From Eledone cirrhosa (Eukaryota): a stretch of DNA of 64,000 nt. Both the position numbers and the translations under genes were made by a program. Each line of letters begins with the position of its first letter. Positions within the stretch are counted from its first letter, which is position 1. Below, piece by piece: positions 33,440-46,510 of the stretch. Below the pieces are notes generated by a model. The model was given only the letters and a program-made list of their open reading frames with translations. It was not told the DNA's origin and ran no database searches. The stretch covers positions 127,410,001 through 127,474,000 of the forward strand of contig OZ024742.1 of the NCBI GenBank assembly GCA_964016885.1, given 5' to 3'.

Positions 33440-34860
33440 GTTGTGCGATTATGAAAGTGAGAATATTAACGCAACTGATTAGAGAAAGGGTCAAATTAGA
33501 TGAGATGTAGTTTGGTTTTGTGCCTCGGAAAAGTACAACAGATGCCCTCTTCTTAGTGAGACAACTACAAGAGGTTCTTAGAGAAGAATAAGCCACTATA
33601 CTTAGCTTTTGTTGACCTAGAGAAGGCCTTTGATAGGGTACTCCGATCTGTCACCTGGTGGTCCCTAAGGAAACTAGGTGTTGAGGAATGGCTTGTAAGG
33701 ACAGTGCAAGCTATGTACAGGGGTGCTGTCAGTAAAGTTAGAGTAGGAATGGAGTTTGTGCGGAATTCCAGATACAAGTAGGTGTACATCAGGGTTCGGT
33801 CCTCAGCCCGCTCTTGTTCATTATAGTCCTCCAAGCCATAACAGAGGAGTTTAAGACTGGATGTCCATGGGAACTTCTCTATGCTGACGATCTGGTTCTT
33901 ATAGCAGAATCAGTAGAGAAGCTAGAGAATAAACTCTGGCTATGGTAACAGCAGTTGGAATCAAGAGGACTGAGAGTGAACATAGCTAAGACAAAAGTGT
34001 TGATAAGTAGAAGAGAGGACAATACTCTGATTCCATCAGACAAATGGCCATGTTTGATATGTAGAAAAGGAACTGGCATAAATTCCATAAAATGTACGCA
34101 ATGCAGATTCTGGGTACACAAGAGATGTAGCGGGATAGCAGACAAACTAACAAGTAGAGAAAACTATGTATGCAGTAGATGTATAGGGAAAGTTGGCAGT
34201 AGTAATCACAGGGATAGACACATTTTTCCAATGCAGGTGGGTTCTATAGAAGTGGTTGATAGCTTCTGGTACCTAGGTGATCAGATTAGCATGGGAGGGG
34301 GTTTTCCGAGGCCATAGTATCTAGAATAAGGACGGGTTGGAAGAAGTTTAGGGAGCTGCTTCCTTTGTTGACAAAGAAGGGTTTCTCCCTGCATACGAAA
34401 GGACGGTTATATGATGCCTGTGTGAGATGCGCGATGCTGCATGGTAATGAGACATGGGCAGCAACTGCAGAGGATATGCGACGGCTGGAGAGAAATGAAG
34501 CAAGCATGCTCCATTGGATGTGCAATGTCAACATGCGTGAACGACCAAGCATGGATGAGTTGAGAAGGAAACTGGTTATAAGAGGGATAAGTTGTGGTGT
34601 GCAGGTGAGAAGACTGAGATGGTATGGACATGTGATGTGCATGGAGGATGATCGCTGGGTGAAGAGGTGCCAGGAAATGCCAGTAGAAGGAAGACGCAGT
34701 AGAGGAAGACCATGAAAAACATGGACGGAAGTGGTGAGCGCAGACCTCAGATCGCTGAAACTCATGGAGGAGATGACGAAGGACCATGACAAGTGGAAAG
34801 ATGCTGTGCTGAATAGGACCCTTGCAAGCAGGGAAAAGTGGGCGTAAAATGATGATGATG
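33440..34860 (+). mobile_element. RTE-clade LINE, 5'-truncated, with RT domain and embedded PHD-like finger (degenerate)
   Basis: QFGF-like/STTDA, FVDLEKAFDRV, GVHQGSVLSPLLF, CPWELLYADDLVL (YADD at 33880-33891), C4HC3 motif, YLG, RRLRWYGHV and a (GAT)n tail; contains stops and frameshifts. Confidence 0.9.
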
Positions 34861-34959
34861 ATTATCATTATCATCATCATTATTATTTATTTATTTATGT
34901 ACTTTATTATACAAGAATACATTATTCTTGCCACATTTAATAAGTTGCCTCAGGTTGGT

Positions 34960-35220
34960 TCCTGTGGCTGTTCTGATGCCACAACGAAAAGCATCCAGTC
35001 CACATTGTAAAGTGGTTGTTTTGGTGCCACAACAAAAAGCACTCAGTCCATGCTGTGAATATGGCTGGCATTAGAAGGGGCATCCAGCCATAGTCACCAA
35101 GCCAGAAACAGTTCTGTATGAGAAGATACAGTCATCTAATCTTACTTGTCTTACAACGGGACAACTTGTCTAACCCATGCTACCATGGAAAAATGGACCT
35201 TAAAAGGTGATGATGATGAT
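34960..35220 (+). mobile_element. SINE or RTE-tail repeat ending in (GAT)n
   Basis: GGGCATCCAGC...CTAACCCATGCTACCATGGAAAAATGGAC...GATGATGAT; inverted partner at 36067-36222. Confidence 0.65.
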
Positions 35221-35250
35221 TTTACTGTTATATTTCAAATGTAATTGTAG

Positions 35251-35370
35251 GTGCAGACATGTCAGAACTGTATGATATGGTAGAATTATTGCCTGATAGA
35301 GACTTGATGTACAAAACTCCAAGAGATATAGCAATGGAAGAAAACATTGATGAAAATATTCTCGAAATTG
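35251..35370 (+). CDS. Dpy-30/ankyrin protein, coding exon 4
   Basis: ttgtag|GT...G|GTAACT; GADMSELYDMVELLPDRDLMYKTPRDIAMEENIDENILEI; phases 1 and 1. Confidence 0.85.
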
Positions 35371-35794
35371 GTAACTATTGATGTTTAGTATTTTTTTTTT
35401 TTGTTTTTTTTTATTAATTCATTTATATATTTATATATTAAGAGTAGTGGAAATGGTAGAGTAGCAGGATACATACCTTTCAGCATTTTGTTTTAACTCT
35501 CAAGCACACCTTCTAGCAGGTCCACTAACACACTGGGGTCAAATAAACAGACTTTCCCCATCCCTTCAAAATTGCTAGCCTTGTGCCGAAAGTAGAAACA
35601 ATTATTGCTGTCATTGTTGATTTCAGTACCCTAAAAACTATGCATTGTATGCTCTTTAATCTTAAGCCCTTTATTTCAGAATTCTTACAAGGAAGATGTT
35701 CATTAATTCTATGAATTTTATTTAAAAACTTTATCAAGAACTCTTATCATGAGTCAAGTATTATGTACACATAATTCATCTTTTTCTTTTTCAG

Positions 35795-35958
35795 ACAAAT
35801 ATGTGGCTTCTTTGATGATGGATGCAAACATACCTTGTTTGAAAGAACTATTATTGAATGGCTACTCATATATACAACAAGCAATTGACATACTACCATC
35901 TATAAGTGAGCTTCCAGAGAGCAGTCAACTGTTCATCAGTTCCATGTCAGATGTTCAA
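35795..35958 (+). CDS. Dpy-30/ankyrin protein, coding exon 5
   Basis: tttttctttttcag|AC...CAA|GTATGG; DKYVASLMMDANIPCLKELLLNGYSYIQQAI...SDVQ; phases 1 and 0. Confidence 0.88.
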
Positions 35959-37721
35959 GTATGGCTTCTAAATATTCCTCAAACCTATAGCTGATACACA
36001 TTCATTCCATTTACATAAGGTTCATTTCTTACATGGGCACTGAAAGACAGTTTTTGTAGGAAAGAAATCATCATCACTGTTTAACGTCCATTTTTCTAGG
36101 CTAGCATGGGTTAGACAAGTTGTCCCATTGTGAGACAAGTCAGATCAGATGATCGTGTCTCGCTCATACAGAACTGTTTCTGGCTTGGATGCCCATCCTA
36201 ACATCAACCACATTTACAGTGTAATTATCAATTTAATCTCAATATTTATACCATGACCTTGTTAAGAGTAAATTACTGGACATACTTTATCAATCTTGAA
36301 AGGATGAAAGGCAAAGCTGCCGCTCATTAAGAACACACAATGAAGTAAAACTTAAAGAATTAATGTAAAGTATTTAAGTCAGTGTCCTAAATTTTCAGTT
36401 AATATGGTACCCTGAGATTTCTATATATTGCATTATTGGATGGACCCATAGACATTCTTCTTTTTGAGTCATCTCTCCATTGAAGGTGAAACATTTGCTT
36501 TTTCTAATGGCTAGAATATATGTGGCTTGCCACACCTGTATACTCATATTTCTCCCTTAACTGGAATAGTTGTGCCAACCCATTATCAAATTAATAGTTG
36601 ATCATCTGTGAAGCCAATGGTGTTCATGATGCCAAAGCCATCTAATTAAACTGATGGGCATCGCATGAACTACTGTTTACTATGAGACAAGCAGGATTTT
36701 TATCGAGGCTAGATCTGACTTGTTTTGCTAGACTATCCCATGACAGCCATATCAACAGCCTCTTGTGTAGGTGTGGATCTTCACCACACAGGCCAGTCTT
36801 TGAACTGAGAGAGGCTAAGTACTCAGCTTGAATGAGCATATATCATCAGTTAATTGAGTGGCATGTTGAACAGACTGGGACACACAAGGACACCACAAAA
36901 GACCAGTGCCAACCAGTGAAAGCTACTCCAGCTCTGTACACTCTTAAATTGATATATACATAGACATAGGAAATAAATTTTGTCAGGACATTTGTACACA
37001 ATATATTTTTCAAGGGTTTTTCAAAATATTAATTTCTTGTGACTAGATTTAAAATGTATAATTGATTGAATCAGTTCCAGTATTTTCCTGGGGATTACTT
37101 AATACTTTATTAATTTTGGAAAGATAAAAGATAAAAGGTAAAATCTGAATGCAGAATCCATGGGGACAAAAGTCAATGCCCAATCCATTTAGTCTGCTGT
37201 TCTGTTGCCTCAGCCACCCCTCCCCAATCATCCATACCATTTAGATATAATCACATTACATTTGTAAATTTGTAGAAAGATGCAGTGGGTGGGGGGTGGG
37301 GGGTTGACTGGAGTGTAGCCAGGGAACCCAGAGTATTTAAAGGGCCCAACATTTTTTTACTACCATAAGGACCCTAATAAAATGTTCAGCCATGGGCCCC
37401 ATATAAGCTTAATTTGTCCCTGTGTGGTTTGCTGGCACTACATTACTATAGATGTGGTTAATGCTTATAAAAGCAGAAGTCTACTCAGCAGTGAAAGACA
37501 CATCTACTTATGGAGGAAGCTTTATGTGGTTGTTCACCCTACTAGAAATAACAGCTAAATCTTTTTTTGTATCATGCCCAGGAAGATGATTTTTGGGTAA
37601 TATAGTCTTAGATATACTGTCTGCAAGAAAAACGAGATGGTCATGACTAGAATGCCTTTAACCATAATTTCACTCAATCATGTCTGACATGGGGCTATAG
37701 CAACAACGACACATATCTATG

Positions 37722-38320
37722 CTTCTTCTTCGTCCACTTATTTCTGAGAGGGTCTTGGGGGCAGAGTCCTCAAACACTCCTTCCAGTGGGTCCTGTCAGA
37801 AGCAACAATCTCTAACTGATTCAGCTGGATCCCCAAGCAAGACCAGCCAAGCTCATGGATGTTATCTAACCATCTTGCCCAGGGGCTACCCCTGGGTCTC
37901 CTGCCAGTTGGATTTGCCTGTAAAATCTGTCCAGCGATTCTTTCCTGAGACATTCTAACCACATGCCCATAATATCGGAGCTGTGTTCTCTCAATTCGGA
38001 GTAGTAGTGGCGCTACCTTGAGTGACTCTCTGATCTCTGAGCTATGCACTCTATTGAGTAATGTTACTCTAAAGAGTCTTTGGAGGAATCCATTTTGGCT
38101 TCTTGTATTCGCGATCGTATTCTTTGGTCATTACCCAAGATTCATGGCCACAGGTAAAAGTTGGCACGAATACCGAATTGAAGACAGCAAGTTTGGCTTT
38201 TACACCAACCTCCCTTCTTCTGATTACCAAATGCTGAAGCTGGCATATTACTGCACCAGCTCCTGCAATTCTTGCACTTAATTCAGCCTCCTGCCTTCCA
38301 TCACTTGGGGCTGTGTTCAC
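37722..38320 (-). mobile_element. RTE-clade LINE 3' fragment (third family, (GAA)n tail)
   Basis: ELSARIAGAG...PTFTCGHESW...LRYYGHVVRM...RRPRG; same family as the copies at 59218-62325. Confidence 0.8.
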
Positions 38321-38465
38321 ATATCAATGCAATTAACAAAATCATCCAGCCCAGTTTAGTATGGGCAAATAGACACAATTGTTGAAAGAAAGGAAAAACT
38401 AGATTTATGAAAATATAATCAAAGAAGACCTATCCATAGGAATTTATTGTACAATTTACTTCCAG

Positions 38466-38669
38466 GATAAATGTGAATCTATTTTCAAAGCAATCCAAGA
38501 TAGTGACGAAGAAGGATTTACTATTTTGATTGATGCAATGCCCGATGTGATATTATGTAAGAACTCTAGAGGCCAATCTCCAATACATGTAGCTATTTTA
38601 CATGAGGAAGTTGAACTTGTAAAACTTATACTAGAAATTTCTCCAGAGAGTGCCAAAGCAAAAGATAAT
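38466..38669 (+). CDS. Dpy-30/ankyrin protein, coding exon 6
   Basis: ttacttccag|GAT...AAT|GTAAGA; ankyrin repeat KNSRGQSPIHVAILHEEVELVKLILE...AKDN; phases 0 and 0. Not present in the ORF track. Confidence 0.9.
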
Positions 38670-38846
38670 GTAAGAAATATTTCTATTTGTTATTTTTTTT
38701 AAAAGATATTCTTTTAATTATTGGTTTCATTTTTCTATATTTATGTAGTTTTCCTTTTTCATCTCTAAATTAAAATAATTCAGGTATTGTAGAGAAGAAT
38801 AAGCAGTCTGAATGCTTGACCTAGTTTCAATTTGACTTCACTTATA

Positions 38847-39123
38847 TTAACATTCTTGGCTAAAGAATGATTGTCATAATTTTAACATTCTTGGCTAAAG
38901 AATGATTGTCATAATTTTAACATTCTTGGCTAAAGAATGAATGTCATAATTTTAACATTCTTGGCTAAAGAATGAATGTCATAATTTTAACATTCTTGGC
39001 TAAAGAATGAATGTCATAATATTAACATTCTTGGCTAAAAAATGAATGTCATAATTTTAACATTCTTGGCTAAAGAATGAATGTCACAATATTAACATTC
39101 TTGGCTAAAGAATGAATGTCATA
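38847..39123. repeat. 35-bp minisatellite, 8 copies
   Basis: Unit TTAACATTCTTGGCTAAAGAATGA(A/T)TGTCATAATT, period 35. Confidence 0.92.
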
Positions 39124-39378
39124 AGTCTCAGTTTCCAAAATCCTACAAAAACTTTTAGTTTTGTGCTTATTTTGAGAATGAGAAAAAAAAACTTCTATTG
39201 CACATGGTCAGTCATGATAATGAGGAAGTGTAGTTCCTCAACCTGTTAGATATAGCAGCCAAATCCCTCCCAAATCAGATTCAACTGTCTTTAAAAAAGA
39301 ACCCACTGGATTTCTAGATATTATATAAACTTCTACTATATATATATATATGTATACTTCTACTATACACTATATATA

Positions 39379-40899
39379 GGTATCACTATGAATTTTTGAA
39401 AATATTTAAATGTAACTTCTACTGTACTTTTTCTTGGAGAGCATCCAAAAAGAAACATTTTGATACCTCATTTGCGAAATTTGGATGAATATTTGAGGAA
39501 ATTTGAATGGTCAGCAAATTTATTGAACTCTTGCCTAATTAGGTCTAAATAATTAGTCTTATTTTGTGATGTCATATCTTTGAAACTGGGGTTATAATCA
39601 TCTTTAAATTACACAAATTAATAGTGTCCATGGGATAGCAGTTGCCTTTGGGGGTTGGCTTTTGAAAATGAAACTTATTTTTTGGCAATTTTAAAAATAT
39701 TTATGTAAAGCCTATTTTGTTGCATGTAACAAACAGTTGACTTCATGATGCAAGTATAATCTTTACATGTGTTCTAATGGACTATTAAAAATGGCTATAA
39801 ACAATTAAATTACAGTGATTAAAGGCTGTTGCAAGCTTTTCATGCATTTTCAGACATGACTATATTGTGATCCATTATCTGTAGGGGGCTTAGTTTTGAT
39901 ACAGTATTACAGGGTATAAATCTGAACCCTCTCTGTAAGTTTGGAGCGTTACAATACATTTAATAGGTATCCCTGAAGGGGCGACACACACAGTTTGCTT
40001 GATCATTTCATGTCAAAATAAATATTTTTGTGGACAATTATATATCATTTGAAAGTTCTGGATGTGAACTTTCTTCTCATATACTTTTGATCACAATCTG
40101 ACACTTACATATCATGCCAGGTTGTGAATTCAATAAGGTATTTGCCGAGGCTTAAAAGTTAACCAAAGCGTTAGTAACAGTCCTGTTATAAAGTGTTAGT
40201 TATATTTATCAATAAAATTATTCAATTTTATTTAATTATGAATGAAACTTTCTCAGACCTGCCTATAGACCTAGATTAAAAAACAAACAAAATGTAAAAA
40301 CTAATTCCTGTATAAAAACACATTAGTAGAAGAGAGAAAAAAGAACGAATCGGCACTAATTTTGAAAATACTACCACAAATTATTTAACTATTCAAAATT
40401 GGAAAATAAAACATCACATCAAACTTTAGTAGTCCACTAGATGATATTCATTGCACATTTATTGTATACAAATCTTGATTTAATATGTTCTTTTCTAAGT
40501 GAAAATTAACAATAATATTTTCACTTTTATATTTTATAACCATTATCTGGCCTACCCCCATCTTTATATCAAAATAAAGCCAAAAAGTCCTCTTTATGAC
40601 TATTATTTTCAACACAAATCGAGTTATAGTGCTCCAGAGCATTGAACAAGAACTAGCATTACCATTCAACAGACAAAAGCGAAAATGGGATAAACCTAAA
40701 TGGGTGGAAATATGAGGGTGATTGAGGGGATCTGGCATGATATGTAAGTGTTGGATTTTCATCAAAAGTATATTTTCAAATGATAGATAATTGTCCATGG
40801 AAAAAATGTATTTTGACATGAAAAGGATCAAGCAAAAAGTAGATTTTTTGTGTGATCAACTGTGTTTGTTGCCCCTTTTCAGAGCTCTACTGTGATACC
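39379..40899. mobile_element. non-autonomous DNA transposon or composite with long inverted repeats
   Basis: TA|GGTATCAC ... GTGATACC|TA ends; 39972-40120 is an imperfect inverted repeat of 40733-40882. Confidence 0.55.
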
Positions 40900-42780
40900 T
40901 ACTATATATACCTGTATACTACTTCTACTATATACTATATATACATACAAACTATTTCTATTATACTATATATACATGTATACTATTTCTACTATATACA
41001 TTATATACTACTAAATGTACAAGCCAATGTGGGAGGCACTATGTGGTCACTTGACCTGTTTGAAATACATGGGATAGTTCTGGCTGAAATACCTTTTATC
41101 AGATCTCTGGGCTGACATGAGACTACACAACAATACTTTGATAGAATCATAGAAAACAAAACAAAAATCAAAATTGTTTTCAATTAAATCAGGATGCTCT
41201 TACTATTATCTTCACAACAACTACCATGGCAACACATTCCAACATTATCACTATTCCAACCATAATAATCTAAGACTAATGAGCATCTGTTTCTGTTCCT
41301 TGTTATTTCCCAAATGTCAATGCCAAATCTTGCCTATCCATGTCCCTATTACCATCTACTACCAGACTGTGGCAATATTTTGCCAAGGTCAATTTTATTT
41401 GTTCTAGTCACATATCATCATCACCATCACCGTTTAACGTCCATTTTTCCACGTTAGCATGGTTGATGAACTGGCCGATTGTGAGACAAGCCTGGTCAGA
41501 TGACCATATCTTGCTCATACAGAACTGATTTTTGCTTGGTTTCTATGGCTGGATACCTTTTCTTATGCCAACAACATTTACAGTGTGGACTGGATGTTTT
41601 TATTGTGGCACCAAAATGACCACTTTACAGTGTAGACTGGGTGCTTTTTGTTGTGTCACCAACACGACCACAATACAGAATGGGATGGGGGAAGTGTGTG
41701 GGGATTGGAGAAATAGATCTAGGGTGGGATGGGAGATTTATCTTGTGGAGGGTAGAGTGTTAAGACGTGTGAGGTGTATAGATGGGGGGGGGGGGTGCAT
41801 ACACGATGTATTTGTCAACCCATATACATGGGAAGGTAGGTCTTCTGTATATATATATATATATATCCTGGAGTCTGCCCAAAGCTTGACCACTTCAGTG
41901 TACATGATGCTCAGTTCTGGCATAAGATCTTGTGTGCCTTTTTAGACCAGACATACTTTTAAAAAGCCATCCACATAAGTTGCTCATTAATTTTGCTGCA
42001 GCCTGAACTGCTTATTTTGATGAACTTTGAAATTTACAGATATATGTAGATAAATAGATAGAAAATAGTTAGGTAGACAAATAGATAGATAAATTGTAGA
42101 CAGACAGATAAATATATATATACATGTCTAAACCAATGCAGCAACTATTTTTGCATTGTATTGATTTAATGTACATACTTTTAATCTTATTTGGTCCAGT
42201 TATACACATTCAGTTTAGTCCTCGAGTTCTGAGCTATGATGAAAACACAGATTATATGCAGGGCAGTGTATGTACGTGTGTGTGTGTGCATGCGTGTATG
42301 TGTGTGCATGTGTGAAAATATGAGATAAATAGTGGTAGAGAGAGAGCAAACCTCAAACAAAAGTGATAGCCTCCATTGTTAGAACAATTTTCCAATATCC
42401 AAATCCAATTAGCAAAAATTAGAAATCCTTATCAGCCCATCTCTCTCTCTCTCTCACATACATACATACACAGTGCTTTGAAAATATTTTGTTCGAAACA
42501 TCACATGGGATTCAAGAAATGAAGTAAACGCCCTCATGTAAACAAGAGAGTGAGACTAAGTGTACAAGTTAAGATAATAAGCCTCCTACTCCCCCTCCCC
42601 CCTCTTCTTACTAATTTCCTTTTCTTCCACTACTACAACTACCATTATTATCACAATTATTATTGATTTGGATGGCTCCAGTTAGCTCAGATCTTGTTGG
42701 TAACTACATTATAAAAATAGCAACCTATTCAGTTAACAAACCAGTTGCATATATCTACCAATCTGTTTATCTATCACTCA

Positions 42781-42856
<76 letters not shown>
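42781..42856. repeat. (CT)n(TA)n(GA)n compound microsatellite
   Basis: Directly visible; the arrangement is self-complementary. Confidence 0.9.
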
Positions 42857-42859
<3 letters not shown>

Positions 42860-43291
42860 GTCAGGGACTAAGGATTGAAATATATACACATACAAGTATG
42901 AAAGCACGCGTATAAACACACACACACGCGCAACCACATACATGCAAGTGATATATACAGGGAAGGGAGTGTATCAGTTAAAGCAGTGTCAGGCTGAAGG
43001 TCAATACATATATAAAAAATATAAAATATGAAAATGTAAATGAAAAAATATATGAGAATAAAAAAATTAAATCAAAGAGAAAGTAAGAGGGAGGGGTTAT
43101 CAATTATAAAGTAACACTAGAAAAAATAAAAATCATAGGTTCGTACATACACATATATATATAAATACGTACAGACAAAAGCACATACATGCATACATAC
43201 AAAAGCGCGCATACATACACACGAAGCACACATATATATACATACATGTACATCTAATCACACGCATGCATGCGACCATGTATATATATAT

Positions 43292-43324
<33 letters not shown>

Positions 43325-43325
<1 letters not shown>

Positions 43326-43865
43326 CATCATCATCATCATCATCATCGTTTAACGTCCATCTTCCATGCTAGCATGGGTTTGGACGGGAGTTTTCCCACT
43401 TGAGGCAAGATTTGTTGTCTTGCTCGTATAGACAGGTTTTCTACGGCTGGATGCCCTTCCTAACACCAACCACGTTTACAGTGTGGACTGGGAGGTTTTT
43501 ACCATGTTACCTACACGCCCACATTACAGCGTGAACTGTGTGTTTTTTTGTCGTGACACCTACACGACCTCATTTATTTCGGACTGGATGTTGTGGTACC
43601 AACATAACTTCACATCGAAAGGGGTGGTGTTGATGGGGGTGGGGGTAGGGGTAGTGGGACGGGGGGTGTATTTTTGTTAGAGGTGCCTACTGACTGTAGG
43701 TTTCGCTTTGTACTTAGGCAAGGCGGGTCTTCTGTATTACTGTGTAGCGCCAAAGATCTCGGTCCAGTGACATTGTCTTGGAGAGGTGTAAGTGTGTGAG
43801 GTCGGAATTTATCAAGTCGCCATAGGTTTTTCTGGGTCTGCCTACTCCGTGGCTACCGTCTATTT
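43325..43865 (-). mobile_element. RTE-type 3' end (second family)
   Basis: Colinear with 48000-48650; (CAT)n abuts (TA)n. Confidence 0.8.
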
Positions 43866-44320
43866 TTTATTTTTATATATATATAAGGATGCTGATAATG
43901 ATGATATATATATATAGAAGACACACACACACATATATATATCATCATCACCCTTTTACTTTTACTTTTCTATGCATTCAGTGGTTGGATGGATCTTTTC
44001 CAGCTTCTCTTCACATCCGCTATCACCACTTCTACCCAGCTCTTCCCTTGCCATCCTCTACTGCAGCTTCTTCCTACCACTTCTTCAACCAACAATCATC
44101 ATCCATACACATCACATGTCCAAACTAGTAGTCTTCTCTCTTGCACACTACAATTGTACGTATATATATATATATATCATCATCATCATCATTTTACGTC
44201 CGCTCTTCCCTGCTTGCATATATAATTCCTTATTCCATATATATTGAATTGTATGGAAACTACTAATGATTAATAAAATTTCTAATACCTGTTTGTTTTT
44301 GTTGAATCTATATGTTTTAG

Positions 44321-44413
44321 GGACATCGTACAGCACTACATTACAGCTTTGCAATATCAGAAGCCATAGCTGAACTCTTGCCCCAAGAGGAAGCGGATTT
44401 TGAAATGGATGTA
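44321..44413 (+). CDS. Dpy-30/ankyrin protein, coding exon 7
   Basis: tgttttag|GGA...GTA|GTAAGT; GHRTALHYSFAISEAIAELLPQEEADFEMDV continues the KDN of exon 6 into an ankyrin TALHY motif; phases 0 and 0. Confidence 0.87.
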
Positions 44414-45825
44414 GTAAGTTATAAGTTAATATATTTAGAAATATTAGGACATTAATAATTCATCATCATCATCATTTAACATATATTTTCACTTGGGTAC
44501 TCAGTGTTCATAGAGAAGCGGTTGAGGTGGGGGTAGTGGCGTTGCATTGCTGGGTGGGTGGGTGTCATCATTGTGCTGGCTTCCTTTGGTGGCCTAAATA
44601 CATAATTATTCTTGCGTAAGATTGTGGAGTAACAGAAACATTGTAGGGTTAGCCTAATTAAATGTATTGCCACCAACTCCAGCTCTACTTATTAGGCAAA
44701 ATAAGTGGATAGCCTTGGGTGTTAAAATCGGAGTTGGGGTGGATTCTGGACAACTTAATATTTCTTAATCCAACTAAAAGCACAAAAACTTAGTGATACG
44801 GAGAGTAGGTGAGGTCATTCCTGGATCAAAGAGGAATATGGAACGGTGATTTGGTGTAGATGAGTGAAAACAGTGAAGTGGAAAATGCAAGTTTAGTTAT
44901 TTTTTTAATGTGGTTAGAGCAGTTCATCAGCCTACAAACTCTAAGTTGAAATTGCAACATAATCATCTTGATTTTTCTTGTATTACGATTTACATACTCA
45001 ATAATACTGAACTGAGGTGTTTTTTTTTACATATTTGTGATTGCAGTGAGAAAAAGGTGCATATTTAGGGCTAGCCTAAAGTGTTTATACCATGTTGTTC
45101 AAAATTTTAATAATGATTATAATTGTGATTATAAGGATGCCATTTCACTGACATTGCTTCTTTAAATATTTTATGTTCCCTGATGACACAAAAATGAGCA
45201 TAATTAATATCTAATTCCTTTGGCCAATGATCAGATTATATTATACAGATACAACTAGGTATGAATAATGGGGCTTGAGCAAGGTTTTCCATTATTATTA
45301 TTTTGTTTATACTTTCTTGCTCATTTTTGTAGAAACATGCATTAGAAAAATAAAATGACTTAATTTTTCTCCTTTACTATTTGTGCATTATTATATATAC
45401 TAGAATAGTACTTGTCACAAATGACAGGGGTTGTAGTTAAACAGAAATGTAATTCCTTGATTTCCACAGTTTATGTAAAGATTTTGAATCCTCAATTTCC
45501 CTTGACCTTCTCCCTCTCATCACTCCAATCATTACTATATTTCATTTTACATTGTATATATATATATCATCATCACCATTATATATATATGTGTGATTTT
45601 GTGTGTGTAAAAAGTAAATGGAAAAAACACAAAAGATGATCAAGTTCAATGAAAATATATATTAGTTTCATGCTTGATATAGTAGGAAAAGTCTTAATGT
45701 TTTGGATGCTAGTCTTTCATCAGAAAATAGAATGAGAAATTATAGAAGAAATAAAAAGATTGAGGAGAATGAGTAGGGAAAGAAACAAAAAAAATTTCTT
45801 TCAAGAAAAAGCAGGTCTGTTCATA

Positions 45826-46510
45826 TATCTGTATATATAAAGCTGTAGTTCCTGTCTGTTTGTTTGTTTCTTTGTTTGTTTGTTCACGAACTACTCCTAT
45901 GGTTTTGGAGATAGACCCCCATAACCATATATATTCTGAAACTACATTGCCCAGGGTACTTGGATAAGTATATTTCATTTTAATCAAAGGGTTCCCTAGC
46001 GGCACAAACCCCCGCTGAAAATCCTCGCTTCGATTTATATGAAATTTAAACCATAAATGACAAGATATGATACCTATTCACAAAATTTCAGCAAATAATA
46101 TTAAGACACCCTAATGGGAGTTAAACCCCCTATAGTGAAAATTTTGGCCAATAAATGGAACAAGATATGTTGTAACAAGAATATATATAAAGTTGTAGTT
46201 CCTGTCTGTTTGTTTGTTCACGAACTCCTCCTATGGTTTTGGAGACAGACCCCTATACTTATTTCATTTTAATCAAAGGGTTCCCCAGGGGCACAAACCC
46301 CCGCTGAAAATGTTTTCCCTTCGATTTATATGAAATTTAAACCATAGGTAAATGACAAGATATGATGCCTATTCACAAAATCTCAGCAAATTTCAATAAT
46401 ATTAAGACACCCTAATGCAGTTTTACTCCATAAATTATATCACTGATTTAAAATCAATCATCATTTCCTTACAAAAAAGATGTGTGAAACGCAGCAAGGC
46501 GCCGGTAATT
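45826..46510 (+). mobile_element. probable non-autonomous Helitron-like element with internal ~350-bp tandem duplication
   Basis: Starts TCTGTATATATAAAG plus (GTTT)n; 45832-46115 is repeated at 46182-46417; GC-rich subterminal GCAGCAAGGCGCCGGTAATT. Confidence 0.55.

Noticed and set aside
38847-39123. CRISPR array (palindromic 35-bp repeats)
   Set aside because: No unique spacers, no cas genes, and located in a eukaryotic intron.
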